From: Podarcis erhardii
Lineage: Eukaryota
Length of the DNA stretch: 64,000 nt
NCBI GenBank assembly: GCA_964252035.1
Contig: OZ176214.1
Direction: 5' to 3' (one strand)
Within the stretch, counting starts at the first letter, position 1. Every line of letters begins with the position of its first letter. Shown here in pieces: positions 11,864 to 23,725 of this stretch. Position numbers and translations under genes: made by a program. Below the pieces are notes generated by a model. It had not been told where the DNA came from. It saw nothing but the letters and a program-made list of their open reading frames with translations, and made no database searches.

Positions 11864-12371
11864 CTTTTGGAGCCTGGCTACTTTCTCATAGCACCCTTCC
11901 AGCTCCTGGCGCAAAGCTCTGTTCTCATCAGAGAGGATCTCCACCATCTGCTGGGCCCTGGAGACAATGGCGAAAGGGTCGACAGGCATCTGCTGGTATG
12001 GGGAAGGGGTTGGCTGGGGCCTGCTGAGGGCCGAGTAGGAGTCCCCTTGCTGATGCTGATGATGTTGCTGCTGCATTTGCATCTGCATCTGCATCTGCTG
12101 CTGCTGCTGGAAATGCTGCTGCGGCTGCCCAACCACAGGCTGGCACAGCCGGTAAAGCTCTCCCTGGTGGACATGGCTGGGCAGAAAGAGCTGCTGGGTC
12201 CGTTGCTGGGAGAAAGGGTCTCCTTGGACAGGGGTGTTTGGAGGCTGGGAAGGAGACACCCTGGAGGGAGGCAACGACTGCAGGAGCGTCATGGAGCCCA
12301 AGGAGGTGAGTGAAGACGTTGGGCTGTGGTGGTGAGGAGGCCTCTGCTGCAGCTGGTGCTCCGGGTTCTGC
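11864..12371 (-). CDS. AMOT: Angiomotin coding exon 2 (Q/H-rich linker and start of coiled coil), 508 nt
   Basis: Acceptor gtttgttggtctttgcag|G completes the phase-2 Arg codon. Encodes HSPTSSLTS...[39 protein letters not shown]; donor AAG|GTAAGA. Confidence 0.96.
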
Positions 12372-12469
12372 CTGCAAAGACCAACAAACACCAGTGGCTC
12401 ACTTGGGCTGATCTGGCAAAGAGACAAAGTCATATGAACAGAGATGGGTGTGTGGCCAAGGCCTCTACA

Positions 12470-12580
12470 GCCTGGCCATATGATGCAGGGGGTGATGGGA
12501 GTTGTAGTCCAGCCCACAGGGGTTGCTGGGAGTTGTAGTCTGACCTGCAGGGGCTGGTGGGCATTGTAGTCTGACCTAGA
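12470..12580. repeat. Three roughly 32-bp tandem units derived from the GGGAGTTGTAGTC MITE motif
   Basis: gggagttgtagtc at two positions and gggcattgtagtc at a third. Confidence 0.65.
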
Positions 12581-13991
12581 ACCTGCACTGTACCGCTTCA
12601 GATTGCAGGTGATGGTTTTGACCATGGAATGGTACCCAACCAAAAATGGTTCCTACGTATGAAGAGTTAGCAGGTCAGGTAAAAAGTCTTCAACCCAGAG
12701 AACTCATTTTTAATGTGTAAGACTTTGTCCTTTTTTCCTGACATGCAGGAACTGTCAGTCACATGGGCCCCCATGTGCAGTCTGAATTGGTAGGGTCAGT
12801 TGGTACTGACTGACAACCTCAGTGAGAACTAGATGCTTGTTTGGCCCAGCTACTGTATATCAATCTTCCATCAAATACAAAAGCATAACCATTTCAGAAG
12901 CAAGTAAAAAATTTTGAGGCTGGCTTAAGAAAATCCCTTCTAGCATGCCAAAGGGAAAAAGAAGAGTGATCAAAGTGCCCCACTGCCAAAACCTTTGTTT
13001 CATGTTAAGGTTTACTGTCTGAACCTCCCAAAAATTTCTTACCTGCTGCATTCTGCATTTATATTTATTTGTGAAAAATATTTTGCCTGCTGTTCTCCAG
13101 ATGGAGAATAATAATTTTTTTTTTTAATGCAGTGAAAACATCAATGCAACTATGTAAAGGAACAGTGAGCATTCCCTCTCCCAAAAGATGTGGCAAACAT
13201 TAAAAGCTTGTTTACAGTTTCCTTTGAAGAGACACAGCCCTGAATCTGCCGGATGCTGTTCCGTTAGGGTACCGAAAAAGACATATGTGCTCCCTCAATT
13301 GCTACCCAGCAGCAATCATTCCATCAGGCTTCCTGAACTCTCCATACCAGCTGTCCATTACAAGAACCTTAACTTTAAGAATGTAATCCTAAGGACAAAT
13401 ACTGCCTTACTACTCATTTTCGTTAGCAGTTCTGGAAGCCCTTTCAGCTAAAGAACAGGGTACAAATGCTATGAATGAATGAATGAATAGGCCACTGGTT
13501 CTGTAATCTGTAGGCCGCCATCAAGGAAGCCCTTTCCACAATGACCACCAGCACACAAAGAAAATAATCTAAGCAAGTTCTTAAAGAATGGGAAGGTCTC
13601 ATATGGAAGAAGACACACCTTCAGCAATCAATGCTCAGGTTAAAAGCAGAGCCTCACCACCTTGAATTTTACCTGGTAACAAACTGGTTAGCAAGAGCAG
13701 CGCACACCAGCCCACATGTTAGATGCTCTCTGTCACCAACACCAGAAATCACCTGCTAACACATTGTCTGCTTAACACAAGAACAGCCCTGCTGTATCAG
13801 GTCAGGGGTGCCAACTATAGGGGGCCCCAGGGGCCTGAGCACCCACAAAAATTTTGTTGTGCTTGCTCAGAACCCACATTGCTGGACCCCCGACACAACT
13901 TCCGGTGCCTCATGGAGCACCAGAATTCACGTCTGAGGCGTTGCGAGCCCTTGGAGATTTTAAACAGCATCGGAAACAGAGACCTTGCAAG

Positions 13992-14145
13992 ACAGGATAG
14001 CTCAGTTGGTTAGAGCTGACAAGATTGTGGTGCTAATAATAGCAATGTTGCAGGTTTGATCCCTGCATGGGACAGCTGCATATTCCTGCATTGCAGGGGG
14101 TTGGACTAGATGACCCTCAGGATCCCTTCCAACTCTATGATTCTA
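13992..14145 (+). mobile_element. tRNA-Ile(AAT)-headed SINE with CR1 3' tail
   Basis: TAGCTCAGTTGGTTAGAGC..GTGGTGCTAATAA..GGTTTGATCCC head followed by cctgcattgcagggggttggactagatgacc...ccaactctatgattct. Confidence 0.75.
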
Positions 14146-14639
14146 AGAGGGTTTCCATTTTATCTTAGAACAGTCTGTCCTACCGTGGCATTTGAAGCAA
14201 TGTGTGCTGTTAAGTTTGTTCTTTGAAAAAATCTTTAAAAAATCACATGCAAGAGGGTTTGAATCTCATAACAGAGATACTACGTCTAGAAGAGATGCTA
14301 CTCAAAGACTGCCTGTCTGTCTAATAAATTTACTTATCTGGACAGACAGTTGTCCAGGTGGGGGCGGGGGGCTGGGTATGCTAGTCCACAGCAAATAGCA
14401 ATCTGACATTCTGAGATCATGCATGTCCATTTACATACACCTATGCATGCCAGAGAGATATGACAGACATCTGCCACTCCGAGATGCAGATTCTAAGGAG
14501 TTGGAGGAAGGGACTCGGTTTATTGGGAAATAAACATTACAAAAAGAGATATTTGAATTTCCCTTAAGAACAAGAAGAGGATTAACAACGGAGGTACCTT
14601 TAACAAGGATTATCCCTAATACCCCAAGATGCGAATAGA

Positions 14640-14870
14640 ACACATGCAAATGGCCACTATATATGGCAGGACAGGACAGAAGGTAGACTGGGATCTACCA
14701 GCAGATCTCCAAGCAACAAAAAGCTTTTGTCCCTTATGAAGAAACACTCTGGCAAGACCCAGGAATGGAATATTTCTTGGCGGATAAAAAGAATAACAAC
14801 GTTAATGACCAAGTTTTGCTTCTCAGCTGAAAGGTCTCCGAAGATGAAACTTTCACGTTAATTGCAAATT
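14640..14870 (+). mobile_element. Possible C-terminal remnant of the same non-LTR family
   Basis: Frameshifted EYFLAD...TTLMTKFCFSAER segment resembling the family's C-terminus; weak. Confidence 0.3.
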
Positions 14871-15024
14871 GTATCTCATGTTTTTATTTTCCATATCATA
14901 TAATATTTTAAATATGTGCATATCTTATCTTTTGCATCATACTGAATTTTAAACAAGGAAATGTTTTAATTAATCTTCAACATTTCTATTCTTTGTATGC
15001 TCTGGGTCTGTGACGGGATAATAA

Positions 15025-15420
15025 ATCACAGAATCATGCAAAGACAGAAGAGACCACAAGGTCATCCAGTCGTACCCTCTGCAATGCAAGAATCTAGCTA
15101 AAGAATCTCTAACAAGATGGCCATCCAACCTCTGCTTGAAAGCCTTCAAAGAAGAGGAGCCTACTACTTTCCAAGGTAAGTCCACCCCACTATCAAATAG
15201 CTCTGACTGTCAGAAAGTTCTTCCTGATGTTTAGCTGGAATCTCCTTTCTTGTAACTTGAAGCCACTGGTTTGTGTCCTACCCCCTGTAGCAGTAGAAAA
15301 CAAGCTGGCTCCATCTCCTATGTGACGGCCGTTCAGATAATTGAATATGGCTATCATGTCTTAGAACATCAGTCTTTTCTCCTCCAGGCTAAACAAACCC
15401 AACACCCTCAACCATTAATG
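15025..15420 (-). mobile_element. CR1 3' fragment
   Basis: LPWKVVGSSSLKAFKQRLDGHL; cacagaatcat tail. Confidence 0.8.
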
Positions 15421-15764
15421 ACTGACCAATTGACAAAAATCCTGCCCAAACCATCTAAAGACTAAGCAGGAGTAGTGGATTCTGTGACCTAGTCATGATT
15501 CGTGGGCTAAGCAAATGCCTAGAGGAACCCTGGTCCTTAAATCTATGTTCTGCACCTGCACACACACAAAGCACACGCATCACATAAAAGCACATCAGGC
15601 ATAAGCCACTATATGGGACCTGGTTCCAGTTAGTGGACCACAGGGTTCTAGTCAGAAAAACTTAATGGATTCCACAAAACCATATAGTGCCTGGTCTGGT
15701 CTGTGGACGCTACTCCTCCGACTCCAAAAAAGGGAGGGAGAACGAGACACAGTTTATGGTATTC

Positions 15765-15999
15765 ATTATTGATCTAATTATCTCATTTATAACTCACCTT
15801 TCCTGCAAGGAGTTCAAGGTGACATGCATAGTCTTTCTCCTCCCCATTTTATCCTCAGAGCAACCCTGCAAGGTAGGTCCAGCTGACAAGTAGTGACTGG
15901 CCCAAGATCACCCAGTAAGCTTCGTGGCTAACTGGTGATTTGAACTCTGGTCTCCAAGGTCCTAGTCCGACACTCCAGCTACCACATCACAACTGGCTC
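15765..15999 (-). mobile_element. Squam3-like CORE SINE
   Basis: Reverse complement of the same family. Confidence 0.8.
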
Positions 16000-16376
16000 A
16001 ATATCTCCTCCAAACAGTAAACGAGGAAGATGTGGGTGTGGTTTCAGAAAAGAGAAAAGGGTCCGTGTTTCCCCTTAAATTTGTCAGGAACCACATTAAG
16101 TGTTATATGCAAACTCAACCCTGCTGAATTCATAGCCGTGACAGATGGCCTGGGACTGCAGAAAGGAGGCGAAAGGACAGTCTTGCCCTGTCCATTGGCC
16201 GAAGGAACAACAACCACTAGCCAGCTGTTTATTAGGCAAGATCGGCGAGAGAAGATCAGCTTGACCTGAACCAAATATAAATACATTATAGCTTAGCAGT
16301 TCATTGCAGTCTTGAACAGTTGAACCCTGTCCTACATATTTTGCAAGCTTTGTCTTCTTAGTCTGAAGTCAGATAC

Positions 16377-16377
<1 letters not shown>

Positions 16378-16406
<29 letters not shown>
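16378..16406. repeat. (TTA)n microsatellite
   Basis: Direct inspection. Confidence 0.9.
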
Positions 16407-16409
<3 letters not shown>

Positions 16410-16859
16410 CTAAGGAGTTGCTTTGGGGGACAGTAACGTTAACATTTGCTGATATTTTGTGAGCACAGTATTATTTCAAAGTACCCTATGCAAAATTAAT
16501 TACTGGTTCATTTTGGATTCTGTTCACTTTTAGCTATGCTTTGTGTACATCTTATGGGCACTGAACTAATGTAACTTCAATCATACGCAGCTGAAGACTG
16601 ACGGGTTGAAATTCTGCAAGATAAAGGTGGAGAGCTTCAAAGCTCTTTTTGCACTAGGTTTTCCTGGAGCAAAAATATCCTTTCAGCTCTCAGCCTTGTT
16701 TGGGGGGACAAGGCCCTCCTTGTCACGTTGGTTCTGGGATGCACTCACGAGATCTCACAGGGCTGTCTTGAGATCCCAGGAGATTTCACATTAGCAGGGC
16801 CCTCTCAGCACAGTCACTCTGGAAAGTTGAGATGCTCGTATGGAGGAAGGTTGAGTATA

Positions 16860-17090
16860 CAGTCATACCTTGGAAGTTGAACAGAATCTGTTCCGGAAGC
16901 CCTTTCGACTTCCAAAACCAAAGCTCAGCTTCCAATTAGCTACAGGAAGCTCCTGCAGCCAATCGGAACCAGGGTCGGACATTCGGCTTCCAAAAATAGT
17001 TCGCAAACCGGAACAGTCACGTCTGGGTTTGCGGCGTTCGGGAGCCAAAATGTTTGAGAACTAAGCTGTTTGAAAACCAAGGTACAACTG
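16860..17090. mobile_element. Tigger-like MITE
   Basis: TA-CAGTCATACCTTGG...CCAAGGTACAACTG-TA. Confidence 0.85.
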
Positions 17091-18489
17091 TACACATTTT
17101 TGTGCACATATTGAACCCCTGGAACCAAACCACAGCATAAAATACAACTGTACTGTAGTTATAGGGTGGAAATATGGGGTGGTTTTTTAAAAAAATATTT
17201 TGGTTGTAAATAACCTCTAGTACAGTAATAATTAACAATGAAAATGAACTGAATGGCAAAAAGTATGCAGCCTACAAGTGCTCTCAGTTGCTCTGAGCTC
17301 TTGGTTGGAGGGCAAGGAATTTATTTTTAAGTTTTAGGTGTTCTTAGTCCGCTGCTGCCCTGCTTCCATTGCATAATATTACCTGAATTAATTAATTGCC
17401 ACCTGAGTCACTTCCACACCCCCATTGCTGCTGCTATTGCCTCCCTCCACAAATTACAAGTTAGGAACTATGTGTTTAAGTCTTCTTACTGTTCTTCTGT
17501 TACAACTGTCTTCACAATGGGAGTTATTCAGGTTAAAAAGAAGGGAGGAGGGAATCCTTGTACATATTATAGAGGTGAAATTTTAGCTGCTTCTGGCAAA
17601 AAAAGCATTCTAAAGTTCTCCTAAAAAGAGGGAAATGAAGTCATGTGAATATTTAAATTCAAATATGCAGAACGGGATTCACAGCCCAAAAGGAAGAAAT
17701 GCATCACCAGAAGATACAGATTTTGCATTAAATCGGTGTGCTGATTTATAAGCATAGAGACAGATTTAGAATTGATTGCTATGATTTAATAAAAATATGG
17801 TGAATCTGACCATGGGGAGTGGAGGAGACTGTGCTACCCCAATGCAGAAAAAAATGCCCCAAGACAAGAAATAACTCTAATACACTTTAACACCCAAAGG
17901 CTGTCTGTTGGTTGAAGTTCCCATAGAAAATGAGCCTCAAGGAAAGGACATTATTAACATTAATAGTAGTGGTAGTAGTATATTTTATTATCATAATCAT
18001 GAGCAATCTGTCAGTTTCTAAACCACCATCTCAAAGTGATTTAAACAAGTTAAAAACAGCAAGTGCATTTAGAACAAGACTAAAACCCTAACAGAAAACC
18101 TTTCGAATCAACGATATCTTTTGATTGTTTATAGAAAGTGCAGGCAGTTGGCGATTACAGGGATGCTATTCCGTAGGGATGCTATTTGCAAGTGAAGTGC
18201 AGGATGTATTAATCACCCTGTCTTCCGGTGGTTAGGGCAGAAAAATACTGTATTGGGATGAGATGGGTAAAGATTAAATAATACATGAGAGGTTCAGGTC
18301 TTTGAATAATCAAAGGAAGGGTGGGGAGCCTGTGGCCCTCCTGAAGTTGTTGCCTTCCAACCTCCATCAGCTCCAGCCAGCACTGAGAGTCACAGGTTGG
18401 CCTGATTTAAGGGTCCTAAACAGGAACCAAAAAGCAGAGTATTTAGGAAAACGCAGAGATTGGTTTTCCTGCATGAAAGAAACCAAAGG

Positions 18490-18818
18490 CTTCCTGAACT
18501 GTTTCTGAAGGTTGGTTCCGTAAACTCAGCCCCAATGCCCCCTGCCCTATAAAAAGCATGATTCAGAATAGCGGTTTGCACATTCCACTAAGGAAGGTAA
18601 CAAGACAATGAAAATTCAGAACAGCAATGATTAATCGCACATTTATTCAAAATGCAATTGAAACTATTCAGTTTAATTAATTTAACAAAACTGATGAACT
18701 TGATCTGGTGATACCAGTTTTTTGAAGTCTGACAGTCACTGAAACCTCCAGCGCCTCCCTGCCTGTTAGCACTCCCTGGTGTGTGGGTATGTGCTATTGC
18801 CCACTTGGGGAACCACTG
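18490..18818 (-). mobile_element. Charlie-like hAT MITE (same family as 26.9, 39.9, 44.4, 48.4 kb)
   Basis: Shared core ttcagaatagcggttt...ccactaagg...aaactgatgaac...gggaaccactg. Confidence 0.75.
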
Positions 18819-18904
18819 AACTAAAGTGTCCAATCAGCTCAAGGACTACTGTTAGCACAACAAGGCATCTCCCTCTCTATGTCTCATGTTCCCTGCCCTG
18901 CATC

Positions 18905-19146
18905 TTTATTTTATTTCTTTCTTTATTACATTTATAAACTCCCTTTACCTTCCAAGGAGCTCAGGGTGGTGTAGATGGTTCTCCTCCTCCTCATTTCATC
19001 CTCACAACAACCCTGTGAGGTAGGTTAGGCCAAGAGATGCTGACTGGCCCAAAGTCACCCAGTGAGCTTCATGGCTGAGTGGGGATTTGAACCCTGCTCT
19101 CTCAAGTCACAGTCTCACACCCTAACCATTACGCCACACTGGCTCC
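18905..19146 (-). mobile_element. Squam3-like CORE SINE
   Basis: ccaaggagctcaggg...cacaacaaccctgtgaggtaggttaggc...gagcttcatggctgagtggggatttgaacc. Confidence 0.85.
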
Positions 19147-19499
19147 AGAGGACTAGAGGAACCCCAGAATAGATTTAGGAGGTGAGGGGGGAGAGAAGAA
19201 GTGGGAAAGTTCCACTGTGCAAGGAGAAATCTTTGCGCCAACAGAACTACTGACTTAGCACTACCCTGACTTAGCACAAACCCAATTTATGTTTTAACGC
19301 AAAAAAAGAACTAAGAGCAAAGGGCTCACCACTTTTGAAAGACACCATGCAAAATAGCGTTTTTATCCTCCTCAGGGCTGGACGCCACCTTCTTGGCAAG
19401 CAGACCTAGACTTCTACAAAGCTGCTCAACTACATACCAGGGGAGAGGATGTTTTTCATCTTTGTGGGTTTGAATGCCTCAAGCTCTGATGACCCTGTG

Positions 19500-21650
19500 C
19501 ATCGGGAAGGCTCACTGCCTGATCTCACACAGAGTTAGGCATCTGGTTTAGGCAATTATTCATAGGGCTGACTTTCAGAGCAGAGGGGAAGACATGACTT
19601 TAGCTGTTAGTTGGTGGTCTCCAATTCTGGCGAACTTAGCAACACAACTGGTCACTTTCCTTCAAGATGGCGTTCCTGTATAGTTGTGCCATGCCAATCC
19701 TTAAGAAAAGTGATCACTCAGAGCCTTGGAGCTACAGACCTACCAGTCTTTTAGATGTAGTCTCTAAACTATATAAGATGTAGTCTCTAAACTATATAAG
19801 TTAACTAAATAAGTTACAAGAATGGGATAGGAAATAATCTGTGAAAAACAAGCAGGTTTCATGCAGGGCAGGAGTACTGTAGACCAGACTTATCAGCAAA
19901 TTTGTGAATACACCAACAATCCAAACAAGTTCATTTTTATAGCCACTGTTCATGTTCATCAGCCTTTAATTTAACAGAGAGTGATTATAGCATAAACATT
20001 GATAAAATAATACTCTGGTTATTCAGTTACAACATCAAGAGAATTATTTGCCTTATCACGAGCATTTCTTATCAAGCAAGGAATGAAACAAAGCTATATT
20101 TTGGCGTAATTTCTAGTAACTATTAACTATTTAAATCCAGGTACAGTGGTACCTCTAGATGAGAACGGGATCCGTTCCGGAGCCCCGTTCGCATTTAGAA
20201 GCAAACGTAACCCGTGTCCGCACATCTGCACGGGTCACGTTTCGGTGCTTCTGCGCATGACATCATTTTGAGCGTCTGCACATGCGCAAGCGGTGAAACC
20301 CGCAAGTAACACACTCCGTTACTTCCGGGTTGCCGCGGAGTGCAACTCGAACACGCTCATCCCGAAGCACATTCAACCCGAGGTATGACTGTACGGCTTT
20401 CCCCTTCCTACTTTCCCCCTTCAATTGGAAATCGTATTTTGTCAGAAATGCTTTGGGCTGATGACCTGGTCTTGCTCTCCTTGAACAGAACAGGCTTTAA
20501 AGGAACATTAACCAAATTTGGGCAACTCTGTAAAAGAAGATCAGCTGGCAGTAAACAATAGGAAAACTAAGGCCATTAGACATAGGAAGAAGGCACCTAA
20601 GTTCAGGTGGTCATTAGATGGGCATGCCCTTGAACAGATCCACATGATGAGAAACTCTTATGGGTGCAATTAAATTACTGTATGCCAGGTCCATACAAAA
20701 GGTGGCTAATTAATCGATACTGCTCTTGAGATCTTTGTGGCTAAAATCATAGCACAAATGTTACGTGGGGCATAAGCTTGGGGAATAGGAGCCAAATCTG
20801 AGCTGGAAATTCTGCAGAATAAGTTTATGAAGCAGACACGGGGAGCCTTGAGCTTGGTCCTTCATTGACTGCAGCTAGAATCTGTTTAGCGTACATCAGA
20901 TATTGTCATAGACTAAACAGCCTAGAACGCTAAGCTTTGCTGGTTGGAGCATTTGAAACGCTATTTCACTGTTATAATTTTTGTGTTCTTCCATGTAAGA
21001 GATCTATTAAATAGTACTCCTATTGCAACCCCCCCAGGACCTTAGGATGATGGGTAGGCAATAAATAAAATAAAATAAAATAATTCATGAAAATAATAAT
21101 AAAAAAGTTGTTGAGCTTTTCTCTTTTACGGAAAACCTCAGAATCCAAAATTCCCCCCCAGATAAATGGCAGCCCTAAATAAAAGATAGACAAAGGATTT
21201 GTAATCTCCCCATGCGGAAATATCTTAGTCCCCATGTTCTCAGGAACTGGATTTTGGATCATGATGTTGATCAAGACAAAGCATCTGTGGTTGATGCTTT
21301 TTTCCCCCATCTGGTACACCTAGAATCAAGATCAATCATTCAAGGCGCCGTTATTTCTATTCACAGCTCCTTGGAGCTTTTACAAAACCTAGGTTTCGGC
21401 AGATGCCCTCAGCATATTTGGACAGGAGACACCTTGGAATCTCAGTTGCAGAATGGATATGGATATTCAGTTGTAATCAGATCTAAAATATTATGCATAT
21501 CTCCATGCATATCTGCTTTTCTTTTATTGATTTGATAACTGCAACGAAGTGCAGACATAACAAAGAATCAAAAATTTAAGCCATTAAGTGCCGCAGCATG
21601 GAAGGACAAAAGTACAAAGCTATAGTACAGGTCCAAAGAAATAATAAAGT
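19500..21650 (+). mobile_element. Decayed non-LTR retrotransposon ORF2 (clade uncertain, RTE-X/I-like)
   Basis: Hand translation gives RT motifs in the expected order: PILKKSD..SYRPTSLLDVVSKLY, KQAGFMQGRSTVDQ, QGMKQSYILA, MLWADDLVLLS, then AFTKPRFRQMPSAYLDRR toward a C-terminal Cys/His region. Interrupted by a MITE and an L2 tail. Confidence 0.75.
20144..20391. mobile_element. Tigger-like MITE inserted in a decayed LINE
   Basis: TA-CAGTGGTACCTC...GAGGTATGACTG-TA. Confidence 0.88.
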
Positions 21651-23224
21651 ATTAACTTATACAAATATTCCTTTTACAAATAATAAAGATTTATAAAAAT
21701 AAAAGTATTATGCACCTATGGATAATAATATTATTCTCATTATTGAGAATAAAGATTATATATAGTCTTTAGGAATAAAATTTGCATAAGAAATAAAATT
21801 TGCTGTTCTGCCCTTTCCATTTGGAGCCCAAAGAGAGATATTTATCCCCTATTCTTCAGCTGTATTCAGAATGTCTAGCTGATAAACACATTACACATTC
21901 AGTAGCTAAACTTGCACTGTCAAGAATTATCATGTATTATAAATCTTAACACAATGTTTCGTTACCCTTGCTGGCACACATGGCTACTAATGGCTGTCCT
22001 GTGACTTTCTGCAACATGCATCTCCTTTAATTCACGCATTGCTTTAGAAACTATATAATTTTTGTACTGGAAATGCCTTTGGCTGTGTTCAATAAAGCTG
22101 ACTGTCAGTGCAGCAGCAGCAGTAGCAGCAGCTGGTGGCTCCCTTGCTCAATGGGAGGAAAAGGCACTCTGCATGTGCTCAGGTAAACTCTTTTAATATT
22201 CCCACTGGCTAGAATATTGGACACAATTTGCTGACTGGGACAAATAAATAAATTCTGGTCCAAGCTGGGCAGCAATCATATTTCTCATTTCATAGAGTCA
22301 CAGAATTGAAGAGTTGGAAGGCCCTCAAAGGATTACCAGTTGAACCCCCTCTGCAATGCAAACTTTTCTGCAAAGACAAAATTTAGAATACATCAACCAA
22401 CCATCAGAAAGGGGGGGGTCCTTTCCTGCTGCTCTTCAATCTCTATTCAGAGGTATTATACAACTAATTTCAAATCATGCATGCAAACCAAAGCTTAAAA
22501 CAGAGAACCAGTGCAGAATTCATCCAGCAAAACCCCATCAATGGTCTACCTGCAATCTGAAAAATGCACAGAACTTTTGTTGATATTTGGGACAACTCAC
22601 ATGTCGTATCGTGAAGTGTAGAAGGTAACAGAGTCACTCCTGGATGGGAGAACACGTTTCTTCAGTGAAACAAAGCAGCCGGTAAGCCTAGGCTTACATT
22701 TCCAATCTTTGGAGGCACCAGATTTGGAAAAAAAACGCTCCATCATCAATGCCTGAGCCAAAAGCACAGCAAGAATCCTATAGACTCAAGAACACCAGAC
22801 TCTTCCCTCAGCAAGTGAGGCAAGTGTGGAACCAATGTGGAAGGAAAACGCCTATGCGTCCATACAAGAGAGAGACAGACAGACAGAGAGAGATATCTCA
22901 GTGCCTCTCCAAGAACACATACCAAGGGGGATGTACACGGTCAAGGCAACAACTGACATCAGGCATGCGCCTTCCCTGTACTCCTTTTGGCGAAGGCTAG
23001 AAGCATTTTTGTTTAGGCAAGCCTATCTAGATATGTGGAATGCTGAAATGCAATTTAGTTATATTTCAGCTCAATTGTCGATTTTAACTGTATTTTGAAT
23101 TATTATTTTTGTAAACAAACAAACAGACAGACAGACAGACAGATGCTTGCAACTTTGTCCCTTGTCCATTGTTTTAATGCTTTGTTCTCCTGTAGAATGC
23201 TTAGAGATTCTATTTGCTGTCAAG

Positions 23225-23395
23225 AAGGCAAGAGCCAGCGTGGGGATGAGGACCTCGAAGAGACCAGGACTCAAATCTCACCCATCGACCCACTTGGCCG
23301 TGAATCTCATTAAATGAGGGGCAGAGCCATGCACACCACACCTTGAGCTTTTTAAGAGGAAAAGGTAGGATGGAAATGCAATGAATAAATGACTG
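23225..23395 (+). mobile_element. Squam3-like SINE, internally deleted
   Basis: Head and tail present, core missing. Confidence 0.6.
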
Positions 23396-23499
23396 AACTG
23401 ATTGTTTTATTTTAAACCCTACTCAGCATATCTGGACAATGTGTTTTGTGTGCTTCTTACATTGATCATAACAATAAAGATTTGAAGACAGAAAGGATA

Positions 23500-23725
23500 G
23501 TTTGTTTATTTATATATCACATTTAGATCCCTTCTTTTTTCCTCCAAGGAGCGAAAGGTGGCACACATGGTTTATCCCCCCTCCTCATTTAACGCCCACT
23601 ACAATCTTGTGAGGTAGGTTAGGCTATAAGAGGCAGTGACCGGGGCTCCATGGCCAAGTGGGGATTTGAACTCTGGCCTCCCAGGTCCTAGTCCAAAACT
23701 TTAACCACTACGCCACACTGGCTCT
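23500..23725 (-). mobile_element. Squam3-like CORE SINE
   Basis: Reverse complement of the same family. Confidence 0.8.

Noticed and set aside
11828-12538. Antisense ORFs over exon 2 (161 aa, 70 aa) and similar ones over the p130 exon (25661-26437)
   Set aside because: Shadows of GC-rich coding sequence and CAG repeats; no independent splice or homology evidence.
13992-14075. tRNA-Ile-like sequence as a functional tRNA gene
   Set aside because: Has a 10-nt insertion, broken stems and a fused CR1 tail; it is a SINE head. The same applies to the other tRNA-like SINE heads.
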